A stretch of DNA of 64,000 bases from an uncultured Actinomycetota bacterium. Lineage in GTDB: Bacteria > Actinomycetota > Actinomycetes > S36-B12 > GCA-2699445. The stretch covers positions 2,410-66,409 of the forward strand of contig CAVXYG010000001.1 of NCBI GenBank assembly GCA_963766005.1. Reading direction: 5' to 3'. Of the stretch, positions 20,032-31,567 are shown piece after piece. Position 1 is the first letter of the stretch. Every line of letters starts with the position of its first letter. Made by a program: the position numbers and the translations under genes. The notes beneath the pieces were generated by a model. It was not told where the DNA came from, did not search any database, and saw only the letters and a program-made list of their open reading frames with translations.

Positions 20032-20041
20032 CAGTGTGCCA
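20032..20041 (-). promoter_or_regulatory. Candidate extended -10 element TGGCACACTG upstream of rplS
   Basis: The identical 10-mer also lies upstream of rpsP (22204..22213). It sits about 120 nt upstream of the rplS ATG. Confidence 0.3.
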
Positions 20042-20071
20042 CAGGCCGGTCGGCTGCGGCCAATCCCCGCA

Positions 20072-20775
20072 TCACGCCGGCGGCAGCAGGTCGGGACGGA
20101 CCTGTCGCGGTGCGCAGCCGGGACTGCTCGTTGCGCCAGAGCGCGACGGCGCCGTGGTCGCCGGACTGCAGGACGGCCGGCACCGGCAGGCTGCGCCAGA
20201 CCGGGGGCCGCGTGTACGCCGGCGCTTCGAGCAGTCCGTCCCGGTCCGCGGCGAAGGAGTCGTCGACCAGCGCTGCCCTCGTTGCCGAGCACGCCCGGGA
20301 GGAGCCTGGCGATCGCCTCGATCATCACCAGCGCCGCTGCTTCACCCCCGGCCAGGACGTAGTCGCCGATGGAGACCTCGCGAACGTCCACGCGCTTGCG
20401 GTAGTGCTCGGCGACCCGCTGATCGATACCCTCGTAGCGCCCGCACGCCAGGACCAGCCGATTCCGCCGGGACAGTTCCTGGGCGGTGTCCTGGCGGAAC
20501 GGGGTGCCGGCAGGGGTGGGCACGAGGAGCACCGCATCGCCAGGGTCCGTCCCCAGCACCTCGTCGAGGCATTCGCCCCAGGGCTCGGGTTTCATGACCA
20601 TCCCGGGGCCGCCGCCGTACGGCGCGTCGTCGACGGTGCGGTGGCGGTCGTGGGTGTAGTCGCGCAAGTCGTGCACGCGCAGGTCGAGGATGCCGACGGT
20701 GATCGCCCGCCCAACCAGCGAGAGCCGCAGCGGTGCCAGGTAGGCGGGGAAGATCGAAACTACGTCGATGCGCAT
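20072..20775 (-). pseudogene. trmD: tRNA (guanine37-N1)-methyltransferase TrmD, with two apparent single-base insertions as sequenced
   Basis: [13 protein letters not shown]...[10 protein letters not shown] is in the frame of track ORF 19555..20775. The expected continuation [56 protein letters not shown] is in the +1 frame from ~20271. The terminal RPDLLPPA* is in the +2 frame from ~20099. Confidence 0.8.
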
Positions 20776-20778
20776 CGC

Positions 20779-21306
20779 TCAGTCGTCGGCTTGGTCGGCT
20801 TCGTCGGCTTCGGAGAGCAGGCCCGGGCGGTCGGCGACATGGATGCGCCCGGCAGCGGTATCGACCTCGGTCACGAGCTCGACAACCAGGGGCACCAACC
20901 GCGTGGGCCCGTCGGTGAGACGTACTGCCAGGAGGTCCTGCAGGGGGAGGTGGACGACATCCACCACCTCGCCCACCAGACCCTGATCGGTGTGCACGGA
21001 GCACCCGACCAGCTCGTGGTCGTACCAGGCCTCAGGCTCCGGAACCGCGTCCTCGGGCTCACGGAACAGTGCCAGGCCCCGCAAGGCCTCGGCGGCGGCG
21101 CGGTCGGCGATGCCGGCGAACTGGACGAGCAGCCGCCCGGAGTGCCAGCGACTGTCCGACACGGTCAGGGTGCCGGCCCCGTCCTGCGATGTCAGCAACA
21201 CCGATCCCGGAGCGAAACGGATCTCCGGATCATCGGTCCGCGGCTGCACCGCGACGTCGCCGCGCACCCCATGGGCCCGGCCGACGCGGCCCACGAGGAA
21301 GCGCAC
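20779..21306 (-). CDS. rimM: 16S rRNA processing protein RimM
   Basis: Track ORF starts LVGRVGRAHGVRGDV and has a PRC-barrel C-terminus. Confidence 0.85.
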   Translation of the reverse strand: MRFLVGRVGRAHGVRGDVAVQPRTDDPEIRFAPGSVLLTSQDGAGTLTVSDSRWHSGRLLVQFAGIADRAAAEALRGLALFREPEDAVPEPEAWYDHELVGCSVHTDQGLVGEVVDVVHLPLQDLLAVRLTDGPTRLVPLVVELVTEVDTAAGRIHVADRPGLLSEADEADQADD

Positions 21307-21551
21307 TACCGACCGGCCACGTCCATGAAGTCCACACGGACCCGAGGTCCGGTATCGGCGTCCACCGCATCGACCACAGTGCGGACCGCGTTGGCGGTGC
21401 GACCGGCCCGGCCGATGACCCGCCCCATATCGTCCGGGTGCACGCGGATCTGCAGTACGCGGCCCCGGCGTGATGAGGACAGCCGAACCGAGACGTCGTC
21501 CGGGTGGTCGACGATGCCCCGTACCAGGTGCTCGACAGCGTCAGCGAGCAT
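21306..21551 (-). CDS. KH-domain RNA-binding protein (YlqC family)
   Basis: Track ORF has the motif VHPDDMGRVIGRAGRTANAVRTV. It occupies the conserved position between rpsP and rimM. Confidence 0.8.
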   Translation of the reverse strand: MLADAVEHLVRGIVDHPDDVSVRLSSSRRGRVLQIRVHPDDMGRVIGRAGRTANAVRTVVDAVDADTGPRVRVDFMDVAGR

Positions 21552-21553
21552 GG

Positions 21554-22078
21554 TCAGGCCTTCTCCGACTCCGCCTTGGCCTCATCAGCCTTGTCTGCGG
21601 CGTTCTGGGCCTCCTCTGCGGCGATCTCCACCTGCGCCTCAGCGGCCTTGGCCTCGGCCTCGGCAGCCTTGGCCTTCGCCTGAGCAGCATCCCTGGCCTT
21701 GGCCTTCTGCTCCTGCGCGAACTTCTCGTTCTCGCCGGCGGCCTCCCTGGCGGCAGCCTCGAAGATGGCGCGACGGTCCGGCTTCGGCTCGGCGACCTTC
21801 AGCGTTCCCTCGGTACCGGGCAAGCCCTTGAAGGTCTGCCAGTCACCGGTGATCTCGAGCAGGCGCTGCACGGCCTCGGTGGGTTGGGCGCCCACGCCGA
21901 GCCAGTACTGCGCGCGCTCGGAGGAGATCTGGATCAGGCTCGGCTCCTCCTTGGGGTGGTAGAGGCCGATCTCTTCGATCGCCCGACCGTCACGGCGGTT
22001 GCGGGCGTCGGCGATGACGATGCGGTACTGCGGGTTGCGCTTCTTGCCCAAGCGCTTCAACTTGATCTTGACAGCCAC
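21554..22078 (-). CDS. rpsP: 30S ribosomal protein S16 with an Ala/Lys/Glu-rich C-terminal tail
   Basis: GTG at 22078 ([21 protein letters not shown]...) is preceded by GGAGA. Track ORF 21554..22120 extends 14 codons further upstream. Confidence 0.9.
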   Translation of the reverse strand: MAVKIKLKRLGKKRNPQYRIVIADARNRRDGRAIEEIGLYHPKEEPSLIQISSERAQYWLGVGAQPTEAVQRLLEITGDWQTFKGLPGTEGTLKVAEPKPDRRAIFEAAAREAAGENEKFAQEQKAKARDAAQAKAKAAEAEAKAAEAQVEIAAEEAQNAADKADEAKAESEKA

Positions 22079-22203
22079 GGCTGCAGGGTCTCCTGGTTCT
22101 GTAGTGCTCATCCCGGCCACCGGGTGGGGTCCGGGGGACGCGGATCACAAAGGGTTGCATCCGCGGCGGAGAGAGGGGCCGCTGCGCTGATGCCTCGTCC
22201 GAC

Positions 22204-22213
22204 CAGTGTGCCA
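22204..22213 (-). promoter_or_regulatory. Candidate extended -10 element TGGCACACTG upstream of rpsP
   Basis: Same 10-mer as upstream of rplS. It sits about 127 nt upstream of the rpsP start. Confidence 0.3.
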
Positions 22214-22256
22214 GATGAGGCGGATGCGGGGGTAATCGCGGCGCATGGCTGCCGGT

Positions 22257-23780
22257 CTAGCCGAGCAGATTCTTGAACTCGTCGGGCAACGCGACCGCGT
22301 CGGCGTCGGTGGACTGGGCCGCGGCCGCCTGTTGGGCCCGCTTGGCGGGGTTGCCGCTGCGCCCCTTCGTTCCGCGCTTGGACTTGGCGGATTTGCCCTT
22401 GGCCTTGCGGGGGCCTCCGCCACCGCCGGCACCGACGCCGGGCATCGGCGGCATCCCCGGGATCCCGGGCATCCCACCGCCGCCGCGCATCTGCTTCATC
22501 ATCTTCTGGGCTTGCTCGAAACGCTCCATGAGCTGGTTGACATCCGCGACGGTCCGGCCTGATCCCTTGGCGATACGCTGCCGGCGACTCGCATTGAGGA
22601 TCTTGGGGTCGTGCCGCTCCTGCGGCGTCATCGACTGGATGATCGCCCCGACGCGGTCCATCTCGCGGTCGTCGAGGTTGGCGATCTGGTCCTTCAGCTC
22701 TCCCATGCCGGGCAGCATGCCGAGGAGCTTGGACAACGAGCCCATCTTCTTCACCGCCTGCATCTGCTGCAGGAAGTCGTCCAGAGTGAAGCTCTCGCCG
22801 CGTTCGACCTTGCCGGCCATCTCCATGGCCTGCTCGGCGTCGAACGCGCGCTCAGCCTGCTCGATGAGGGTCAGCACGTCGCCCATGTCGAGGATGCGGG
22901 AGGCCATCCGGTCGGGGTGGAATACCTCGATGTCGTCGAGCTTCTCGCCCACGGCGGCGTACAGGATCGGCTTGCCCGTGACCGTCACCACCGACAGCGC
23001 GGCACCACCGCGGGCATCGCCGTCGAGCTTGGTGAGGATCACGCCGTCGATGCCCACCTCGCGAGCGAAGGTCTCCGCAGTGTTGACGGCGTCCTGGCCG
23101 ATCATGGCGTCGACGACGAGCAGCGTCTCGTCCGGCTGGACCGCGTCCTTGATCTGGCGCAGCTGGTCCATGAGATCGGCGTCGATCGCCAGTCGGCCGG
23201 CGGTATCGACGATGACGACGTCTCTCAGCGTGGTGCGCGCCTGCGCGACACCGTCGCGCGCGACGGCGACGGGGTCGCCGACTCCGTTGCCCGGCTCGGG
23301 GGCATACACGGGAACCCCGGCCTGCTCGCCCACGACCCGCAGCTGGTCCACGGCGTTGGGCCGCTGCAGGTCGGCCGCGACGAGCAGCGGCTGGTGACCC
23401 TGCTGCGTCAGGTGTCGCGCCAGTTTGCCGGCCAGCGAGGTCTTCCCCGCGCCCTGCAGGCCGGCGAGCACGATCACCGTCGGTGGCGTCTTGGCCAGCG
23501 TGAGTCGCCGGGTCGAGCCGCCGAGGATCTCGATGAGTTCCTCGTTGACGATCTTGACGACCTGCTGCGCCGGATTGAGGGCCTGATTGACCTCGGCCCC
23601 GAGCGCCCGCTCGCGGATCCGCGAGGTGAAGGCTCGCACCGCCGGCAGCGCCACATCGGCGTCGAGCAGCGCGATGCGGATCTCACGGATCGTGGCGTTG
23701 ACGTCCTCCTCCGTCAGACGGCCCTTGCCCCGCAGGCTCTTGAACGTCGCGGTGAGACGGTCGGACAGATTGGCGAACAC
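22257..23780 (-). CDS. ffh: Signal recognition particle protein Ffh
   Basis: Track ORF has GLQGAGKTS, DTAGRL and TKLDGDARGG motifs and a Met-rich M domain. Confidence 0.95.
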   Translation of the reverse strand: MFANLSDRLTATFKSLRGKGRLTEEDVNATIREIRIALLDADVALPAVRAFTSRIRERALGAEVNQALNPAQQVVKIVNEELIEILGGSTRRLTLAKTPPTVIVLAGLQGAGKTSLAGKLARHLTQQGHQPLLVAADLQRPNAVDQLRVVGEQAGVPVYAPEPGNGVGDPVAVARDGVAQARTTLRDVVIVDTAGRLAIDADLMDQLRQIKDAVQPDETLLVVDAMIGQDAVNTAETFAREVGIDGVILTKLDGDARGGAALSVVTVTGKPILYAAVGEKLDDIEVFHPDRMASRILDMGDVLTLIEQAERAFDAEQAMEMAGKVERGESFTLDDFLQQMQAVKKMGSLSKLLGMLPGMGELKDQIANLDDREMDRVGAIIQSMTPQERHDPKILNASRRQRIAKGSGRTVADVNQLMERFEQAQKMMKQMRGGGGMPGIPGMPPMPGVGAGGGGGPRKAKGKSAKSKRGTKGRSGNPAKRAQQAAAAQSTDADAVALPDEFKNLLG

Positions 23781-23886
23781 TGCAGCTCCCCCGTTCAGGG
23801 CTGGACCGGCATGACTGGTGCAGCGCGCGCACCAACGTCCTCAGGGTACCTGCAACCCGGGCCGAGGGTCGGCCAGCAAGCGCCGT

Positions 23887-26238
23887 TCACCGTCTGTCGA
23901 GCACACCCTGCAGCGCGACGCGCACCGCCTCGGCGGCGGCCGGGCCCAGTGGCCGACCGGCATGGTCGGTGACGTAGAAGGTGTCCACCACGTTGGCGCC
24001 ACGCGACTCCAGGTGGGCCGAGGCGATGTTGCTGCCGGTCTCGGACAGCGCACGGGTGAGCCGGTACAGCGTCCCTCGCTGGTCGTGGGCGCGGACCTCG
24101 ACGACGGTCGCCGAGCGCGATGCGTCCGCCACGATGTCCACGCGGTTGGCGGGGCGGTCGAACGGCAACTCCGGCGTCGAGTAGGCCTCCTCGCGCCGGC
24201 GCAGCGCCTCGGCGATGTCCAGCGACCCGGACAGCGCGCGCCGGATGTCGGCGGCGAGCCGCTCGGCCGCGGGGGTTCTGCCGTAGGCGGATTCCACGGT
24301 CCACACCAGCAGGGCCCGGCCGTCGTGGGTGGTGGTGTTCGCCGAGCGCACGTCGAGGCGGTGCATCGCCAGCACCCCGGCCACCAGGGCCAGCAGCCCC
24401 TGCCGGTCGTCCGCGGCGACGACGACCTCCAGCCCCGCGGGCAGCTCCTGCATGGCCACGGCCACGCCGTCGCCGGCCAGGAGCGCGCGGTGCTCCGGCG
24501 TCGGCCCGGTCTGGCTCCGCTGCGGTGCTCGGCCCTGCAGCACGGCCCTGGTCCGCCCGGTCAGATCCTCCACCAGGGCGGCCTTCCAGTCGCTCCAGGC
24601 CTTCGGACCCGTTGCGGCGGCGTCGGCCAGGGTCAGGGCGTAGAGCAGATCCAGGGTCTCGGTGTCGCCCACCAACTCGGCCACCATGGCGAGGGTGTCC
24701 GGGTCGTCGAGGTCGCGTCGGGTGGCGACCTCCGGCAGGAGCAGGTGGTGCTCGACCAGGGTCCGCAGCACGGTGCTGTCCGCCTCGTCGAAGCCCAGGT
24801 CGGGAGCGAGCTGCGCCACGATCTCGGCGCCGAGGGCGCTGTGCGGGCGTCCCGGGCGGCCCTTGCCGATGTCGTGCAGCAGCGCCCCGAAGAGCAGCAG
24901 GTCAGGTCGCTCGACGCTGCGCTGATGGCGGCCCGCCTCGACGGCCGTCTCCACCAGGTGGCGGTCGACCGTGAACCGGTGCACGGCGTTGCGCTGGGGC
25001 GCCGACCGCACCGGCGTCCATTGGGGGATGAGCCGCTCGACCAGGCCCACCTGGTCCAGGGCCTCCCACACCGCCACCGCCGGGCGACCCGCCCCGAGCA
25101 GCCCGACCATGGCATCGCGGGCGGACCTGGGCCACGGCACCGGCATCGGTGCGGATTCCTCGGCGAGCCGGGAGACGGCATGGGGCGACAGTCGCAGGCC
25201 GGACTGCGCCGCGGCGGCGGCGGCTCGGAGCACGAGGATCGGGTCGCGTGCGGGCACCGCGTCGGCGGCGAGCACGACCTCGCCGTCCTGCTCCACGACG
25301 CCGTTGGCCAGCGGCCGACGTTCCTGGCTCCGATCGGGGCGCAGCCGACGCAGCGGCCCCCGCTTGACGCGCGTCGTGGCCCGCTGCAAGCGGTACCAGG
25401 TGGTGTCGCTGGCGTAGGCGATCGCGCGACCGGCGGCTGAGATCTCGCGCATCATCGTCAGCGAGTCGCTGCGGCCCAGGATGGCGGCCACGGCGTCCTG
25501 CTCCTGCATCAGCAGGCGGTCGCCGGGCCGGGACGAACGGGACAGCAGCGTCAGGTGCAGCGCATCGCGCACGTCGAGCAGGAGCCGCCGGGGCGCCTGG
25601 ATCTCCGTGTGCGGCAGGTCGGTCAGCCAGGTCGCCGTCAGCGCGCGCAGGATCGTCACCTCGCGCAGGCCGCCGTAGGACTCCTTGAGGTCGGGCTCCA
25701 GCAGGTAGGCCAGCTCGCCGTCGCGCTGGACCCGATCGTCGACCAGCTCCCGCAGCTCGGGCAGCCGGCGCGCTGCTAGCCCGCGCCAGTCCGCGAGCAC
25801 GGACTCCACGATCTGGCGCCGCAGGGCGTCGTCGCCGACGATCGTTCGGGCATCGAGCAGGCCGAGCACGGCCTTGAGGTCCGATGCCGCGACGCGGCGG
25901 GCCTCAGAGACGGTACGGACGCTGTGGTCGAGCTTGAGCTTGGCATCCCAGATCGGGTACCAGATGGCCTCCGGCAGCCCGTCGACGGCACCGCTGTGGA
26001 CCAGCAGCAGGTCCAGATCGCTGCCCGGCGCCAGCTCGCGCCGGCCGTACCCGCCGACCGCGATGAGCGCTGCGTTGTGCTTGTCGCCGCCCGCGGCCTC
26101 GAACAGACCCGCCAACCACTGATCGGTCAGCGCCGCCAACTCCGCGCGACGTGCCGCGGGGGTCAACCCGGCCCGCTGCAGCAGGTCCTGCCGCGCCGCC
26201 GCGTAGTCCGGTACCGCACTGCCCACCATCGGGTCCAT
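23887..26238 (-). CDS. glnD: [Protein-PII] uridylyltransferase/uridylyl-removing enzyme
   Basis: 783-aa track ORF with a nucleotidyltransferase N-terminus (GGYGRRELAPGSDLDL), an HD domain (LLHDIGKG) and C-terminal ACT-like repeats. Confidence 0.9.
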   Translation of the reverse strand: MDPMVGSAVPDYAAARQDLLQRAGLTPAARRAELAALTDQWLAGLFEAAGGDKHNAALIAVGGYGRRELAPGSDLDLLLVHSGAVDGLPEAIWYPIWDAKLKLDHSVRTVSEARRVAASDLKAVLGLLDARTIVGDDALRRQIVESVLADWRGLAARRLPELRELVDDRVQRDGELAYLLEPDLKESYGGLREVTILRALTATWLTDLPHTEIQAPRRLLLDVRDALHLTLLSRSSRPGDRLLMQEQDAVAAILGRSDSLTMMREISAAGRAIAYASDTTWYRLQRATTRVKRGPLRRLRPDRSQERRPLANGVVEQDGEVVLAADAVPARDPILVLRAAAAAAQSGLRLSPHAVSRLAEESAPMPVPWPRSARDAMVGLLGAGRPAVAVWEALDQVGLVERLIPQWTPVRSAPQRNAVHRFTVDRHLVETAVEAGRHQRSVERPDLLLFGALLHDIGKGRPGRPHSALGAEIVAQLAPDLGFDEADSTVLRTLVEHHLLLPEVATRRDLDDPDTLAMVAELVGDTETLDLLYALTLADAAATGPKAWSDWKAALVEDLTGRTRAVLQGRAPQRSQTGPTPEHRALLAGDGVAVAMQELPAGLEVVVAADDRQGLLALVAGVLAMHRLDVRSANTTTHDGRALLVWTVESAYGRTPAAERLAADIRRALSGSLDIAEALRRREEAYSTPELPFDRPANRVDIVADASRSATVVEVRAHDQRGTLYRLTRALSETGSNIASAHLESRGANVVDTFYVTDHAGRPLGPAAAEAVRVALQGVLDRR

Positions 26239-26322
26239 CTCCTCGCGCCTCCTCGCTGCAACGGCTGCGGGCCGGCCGCGATCTGCTCGATCGCGACCGG
26301 CCCGGCTACCGGAACCCCTGCG

Positions 26323-27973
<1,651 letters not shown>

Positions 27974-27998
<25 letters not shown>

Positions 27999-29341
27999 TC
28001 TCCCTCCCGAAGTGAACGGACTCCATCACCTTGTGCCCCCGGTGTTTCGCTGAAGGGGCGGGTCGTGTTTCCCCCATGTATCGGATCGGGTTGCCGTGTT
28101 AACGCTGGGTTACGTCCCCGGTCTCTCGCGGCCCTCAGGCGTCGGGTGTCGCCGCCGATGATGGCGCTGACGAAGACCTCCGGGTCGAAGGGCGCAAGGT
28201 CGTCCGGGCCTTCGCCGAGCCCGACGAGCTTCACCGGCACTCCGAGCTCGCGCTGCACGGCCACCACGATGCCGCCCTTGGCGGTGCCGTCCAACTTGGT
28301 CAGCACGATGCCGGTGATGTCCACCACGTCGGCGAACACGCGGGCCTGGTTCAGTCCGTTCTGACCGGTCGTCGCGTCGAGCACCAACAGCACCTCGCTG
28401 ACGGGCGCCTGCTTCTCGATGACCCGCTTCACCTTGCCCAGCTCGTCCATCAGCCCGGTCTTGGTGTGCAGTCGGCCGGCGGTGTCCACCAGCACCGCGT
28501 CGGCCTCGCTCTCGATGCCCGCCCGAACGGCGTCGAAGGCCACCGCGGCCGGATCGCCGCCGTCGGGCCCGCGCACGACCTCGGCCCCCACGCGCTCCCC
28601 CCACGTCGTCAACTGGTGCGCGGCTGCGGCGCGGAAGGTGTCGGCCGCACCGAGCACGACGTGCTTGTCCTCTGCCACGAGAATCCTGGCGATCTTGCCG
28701 GTCGTGGTGGTCTTGCCGGTGCCGTTCACTCCGACGATGAGCACCACGGCCGGCTTGCCCTCGGAGCGGGAGGTGTGCAGCGACCGGTCCATCGTGGGGT
28801 CCACCTGTGCCAGCAGCTGCCGGGTGAGCACGGCTCGCACCTCCTCCGGGTCGGCGATCCCGCTGACCCGGACCTCGGTGCGCAGGGCATCGACGATCTC
28901 CGTGGCCGGGCCGACACCGAGGTCTGCCATGAGGAGCGTGTCCTCCACCTCCTCCCAGGTGACCTCGTCGATGCGGTCGCGGGAGAGCAGCGACAGCAGC
29001 GCCGCGCCGATGGCGTTGTTCGACCGGGCCAGCCGCGCGCGCAGCCTGGCCATCCGGCCCTCGGGCGGAGTCGGGGTTTCCACCCCTGGGACGACGGACG
29101 GCTCGGGCACCAGCTGCGGCTGCGGGGCCACCAGGACGTCGCCGACCGAGACCTCCTCGATTCCGCGGCGCGGCGTGTCGCGCGGTTCCGTGGCGTCGTC
29201 GCCGACACCGGGAACATGGTCGCCGGCCTTCGGCACCGGTGGCGCCTTCCTGGCACGCCGTACCAGGAGGAGCAGGCCGGCGCCGAGTGCCAGCAGCGAG
29301 AACAGGACGATGATCGGCAGCAGGAGTTCATCGAGATTCAC
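27974..29341 (-). CDS. ftsY: Signal recognition particle receptor FtsY. The last ~55 codons of the ORF are probably not real.
   Basis: GTG at 29341 (VNLDELLLPIIVLFSLLALGAG..., TM anchor) lies inside track ORF 27974..29494. GVNGTGKTTTTGK and DTAGRLH motifs are present. After ...FDPEVFVSAIIGG the frame continues through the amt operator with rare codons (AGA, TTA, ATA, CAA) and into the amt start. Confidence 0.88.
28044..28113 (-). promoter_or_regulatory. Putative GlnR-type operator (11-bp-spaced GTnAC/GAAAC direct repeats) upstream of amt-glnB-glnD
   Basis: On the amt strand: GTAAC-n6-TTAAC (28113..28098), GATAC-n6-GAAAC (28082..28067), and a further GAAAC (28048..28044). These lie 46-115 nt upstream of the amt start. 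Confidence 0.4.
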
Positions 29342-29430
29342 GCTGCGAATTGTCGCACCCGCAGCGGGCCGGTACCGACCCCCCGGCGAGCCGCGGTTTG
29401 CCGGCAGGTGATAGCGGGTAGACAAGAGCC

Positions 29431-29607
29431 ATGACCACCGCCGCCGTCCAGCGCCAACAGACCGCCCCGCCGAGCCGTGCGCCGGCGTCGCCATCGCCGC
29501 CGTCGCGTCGCGCGGCGCTCGCGGTGTGGGCTGCTCTGATCGCCGTGAGTCTCGGCCTCTGGGCGGCTCTCATCACGGCGGGAGTCACGCTCGCCGGCGG
29601 ACTCTGA
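29431..29607 (+). CDS. Possible small membrane protein (58 aa, one TM helix)
   Basis: Below the track cutoff, so translated by hand: MTTAAVQRQQTAPPSRAPASPSPPSRRAALAVWAALIAVSLGLWAALITAGVTLAGGL. GC3 is high. The RBS is weak. Confidence 0.3.
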   Translation: MTTAAVQRQQTAPPSRAPASPSPPSRRAALAVWAALIAVSLGLWAALITAGVTLAGGL

Positions 29608-29640
29608 GGCGGACGCACCGCGCCCCGATCGGGTGGCCGA

Positions 29641-30351
29641 TCAGCCAGCCGGTTCGGCTTCGGTCATCTCCCTGCGCCGCGTCAGCGGCGGCGACAGCAA
29701 CCGATGGGTCAGGAACGCCCCGAGCAGGAACAGCGGGAATCCCAGCGCGAGCTTCGCCGCGCCGAGCACCGCTACCGCGCCCAGCAGGTACAGCGGCACC
29801 TGCACGGCGACCCGGACAGCGAACAGGGATGCCCACATCCACGTGGCCAGGTAGGCGGCGCGGCGCAGCGGCTCGAAGTCCCGCCACGCTCCCCCGTCAG
29901 CGGTCATGACACGGATACCGACGCCGACCAGCGGCTGACGGATCAGCGCCGAGACGGCGAAGGCGGCGCCGTAGGCGAGGTTGAGCAGCAGCCCGGGCAG
30001 GAAGAAGTCCTCCGCCCGACCCGTCCGGTTGGCCAGCCAGGCAGCGATCGCCACCCCGAGGAAGCCTGTGAGGATGTGTCGCACGCTCTCCCGGCGCACG
30101 GCCCGCCACCCGGCCACGGCGACACCGGCCGCCACTGCGGCGATCAGCGACGGCTGCAGCTGCGACCCGGTGATCACGTAGGCCGTCAAGAAGGCCACCG
30201 TCGGCAGGCTGGTGTCGATGATGCTGTTCTTATCGCTGAGATTGGCCCGGAGCAGATCGGCGACACCGGGTTCCTGCTCGACCTTGCGCCCGACAGGATC
30301 CGGAGCCGCTGCGCCCCCCGATCGCGACGGCCGCTCAGTCATCTGCAGCAT
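29641..30351 (-). CDS. DUF3159-type integral membrane protein
   Basis: Multi-TM track ORF in the conserved position next to the OB-fold gene in the actinobacterial dut neighbourhood. Confidence 0.75.
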   Translation of the reverse strand: MLQMTERPSRSGGAAAPDPVGRKVEQEPGVADLLRANLSDKNSIIDTSLPTVAFLTAYVITGSQLQPSLIAAVAAGVAVAGWRAVRRESVRHILTGFLGVAIAAWLANRTGRAEDFFLPGLLLNLAYGAAFAVSALIRQPLVGVGIRVMTADGGAWRDFEPLRRAAYLATWMWASLFAVRVAVQVPLYLLGAVAVLGAAKLALGFPLFLLGAFLTHRLLSPPLTRRREMTEAEPAG

Positions 30352-30751
30352 CCGGGCTCTGCGCCGGGAGCAGCTCGTAGCGCGGGTTGTACATCATCGA
30401 GACGTCGTCGTGGCAGGTCACCCGGCCGTCGGCGATCAGCCGTCGGCCCGGTTCGATCCCGGCGATGACGCGTCGGCCGAGGAAGACCAGCGTCAGGTGC
30501 CCCGACCCGTCGTAGAGGTCGGCCTCGACGGCGGGCACTCCCGCCCTGGGGCGCAGCGACACCGACTTCAGCACGCCGCACACCTTCGTGCGGGTTCCCG
30601 TACTGCAATCCGCGATCGCCATGGCGTCGGCGGCGCGGACATCGTCCTGCACCTCACGCTGGACCTCGCGGATCTCCTGCTCGGCCTTCGGGGCGACGAG
30701 GCCCGAAAGGATCCGTCGGAATCGAGCCGCCTTGGGCGGATGCGTGGCCAC
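30335..30751 (-). CDS. OB-fold nucleic-acid-binding domain protein
   Basis: Track ORF contains CGVLKSVSLRPRAGVPAVEADLYDGSGHLTLVFLGRRVIAGIEPGRRL...MYNPRYELL. Confidence 0.75.
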   Translation of the reverse strand: MATHPPKAARFRRILSGLVAPKAEQEIREVQREVQDDVRAADAMAIADCSTGTRTKVCGVLKSVSLRPRAGVPAVEADLYDGSGHLTLVFLGRRVIAGIEPGRRLIADGRVTCHDDVSMMYNPRYELLPAQSPDAADD

Positions 30752-30786
30752 ATGCCTAGGCTAGCCAGGCGGAACGGAGAGCCATA

Positions 30787-31518
30787 ATGCGAACGCCGAC
30801 GGCTGCCCGCGGCGGGGCGCACCGCTGCCTCGTCGTGGCCCATGGCGCGGGCTCCTCCGCCGGTTTCCTGCAGCGGGCGTTCCCGGGTAGCAGCACCGGG
30901 GCGGCACTGCTCGCGGTCGAGGACCGCACCGGGTCGGTCGAGCGGATCGTCGACGCGCTTGCCAGGGCCGTGGACGCCGCGCGGCGCCGGTATCGGCAGG
31001 TCATCCTCGGCGGGGTGTCGATCGGCGCCCACGCGGCTGCGCTGGCCTGCGCCGCCGCCCCGCCGGGAGCCATCGACGGGTGCGTCTTCGCCATGCCCGC
31101 CTGGACGGGCCCGGCGCCGATGCCGAATCCCACAGCAGCGGCGGCAGCGGAGGTGTCCTCGGTCGGAGCCGCCGGCGTGCTGCGGCGGCTGCGCGCGGAT
31201 CCCGCGCTGCGGGGGGACTGGATTGTCGACGAACTTGACGCTGCCTGGCGGGACCGGCCGACGCTGGCCGCGGAACTGCGCTCAGCCGCCGTCGGCGCAG
31301 CGCCCACGGCGGCCGAGCTCGGCCGCATCGGGCAACCGACCCTGGTGATCGCGCTGGCACAGGATCCCGTCCACCCCGAGCACGTCGCCGAGGAGTGGAC
31401 TGCCGCGCTGCCGTCGGGATCGCTGTATCTGATCGGCCGCCACGACCCGGGGCCGGATCGCGCCGTCTTCGGTCGGGCGATCGGGCAATGGCTCGCGGCC
31501 GGCGCCGTGCCCGGATGA
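30787..31518 (+). CDS. Alpha/beta hydrolase-like protein
   Basis: Track ORF has HGAGSS and GGVSIGAH (nucleophile-elbow-like) motifs. Confidence 0.6.
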   Translation: MRTPTAARGGAHRCLVVAHGAGSSAGFLQRAFPGSSTGAALLAVEDRTGSVERIVDALARAVDAARRRYRQVILGGVSIGAHAAALACAAAPPGAIDGCVFAMPAWTGPAPMPNPTAAAAAEVSSVGAAGVLRRLRADPALRGDWIVDELDAAWRDRPTLAAELRSAAVGAAPTAAELGRIGQPTLVIALAQDPVHPEHVAEEWTAALPSGSLYLIGRHDPGPDRAVFGRAIGQWLAAGAVPG

Positions 31519-31567
31519 TCGACGCAGATGGCACCGTTCCGGCGCGCGCCCGCACGCGGGGTCGCGG

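Noticed and set aside
19555-20775. 406-aa ORF that looks like a TrmD-L19 fusion protein
   Set aside because: The middle part ([15 protein letters not shown]…) is an out-of-frame translation. The conserved TrmD C-terminus is recovered by two frame corrections, and L19 has its own ATG at 19908.
21554-21760. Ala/Lys/Glu repeat region at the 3' end of rpsP as a possible separate repeat element
   Set aside because: It is in frame with S16 and resembles the low-complexity C-terminal extensions common in actinobacterial S16. It is not an independent feature.
30455-30475. tRNA T-arm-like string GGTTCGATCCCGG
   Set aside because: It lies inside the well supported OB-fold gene. No acceptor or anticodon arms can be drawn around it. 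No tRNA was found anywhere in the window.
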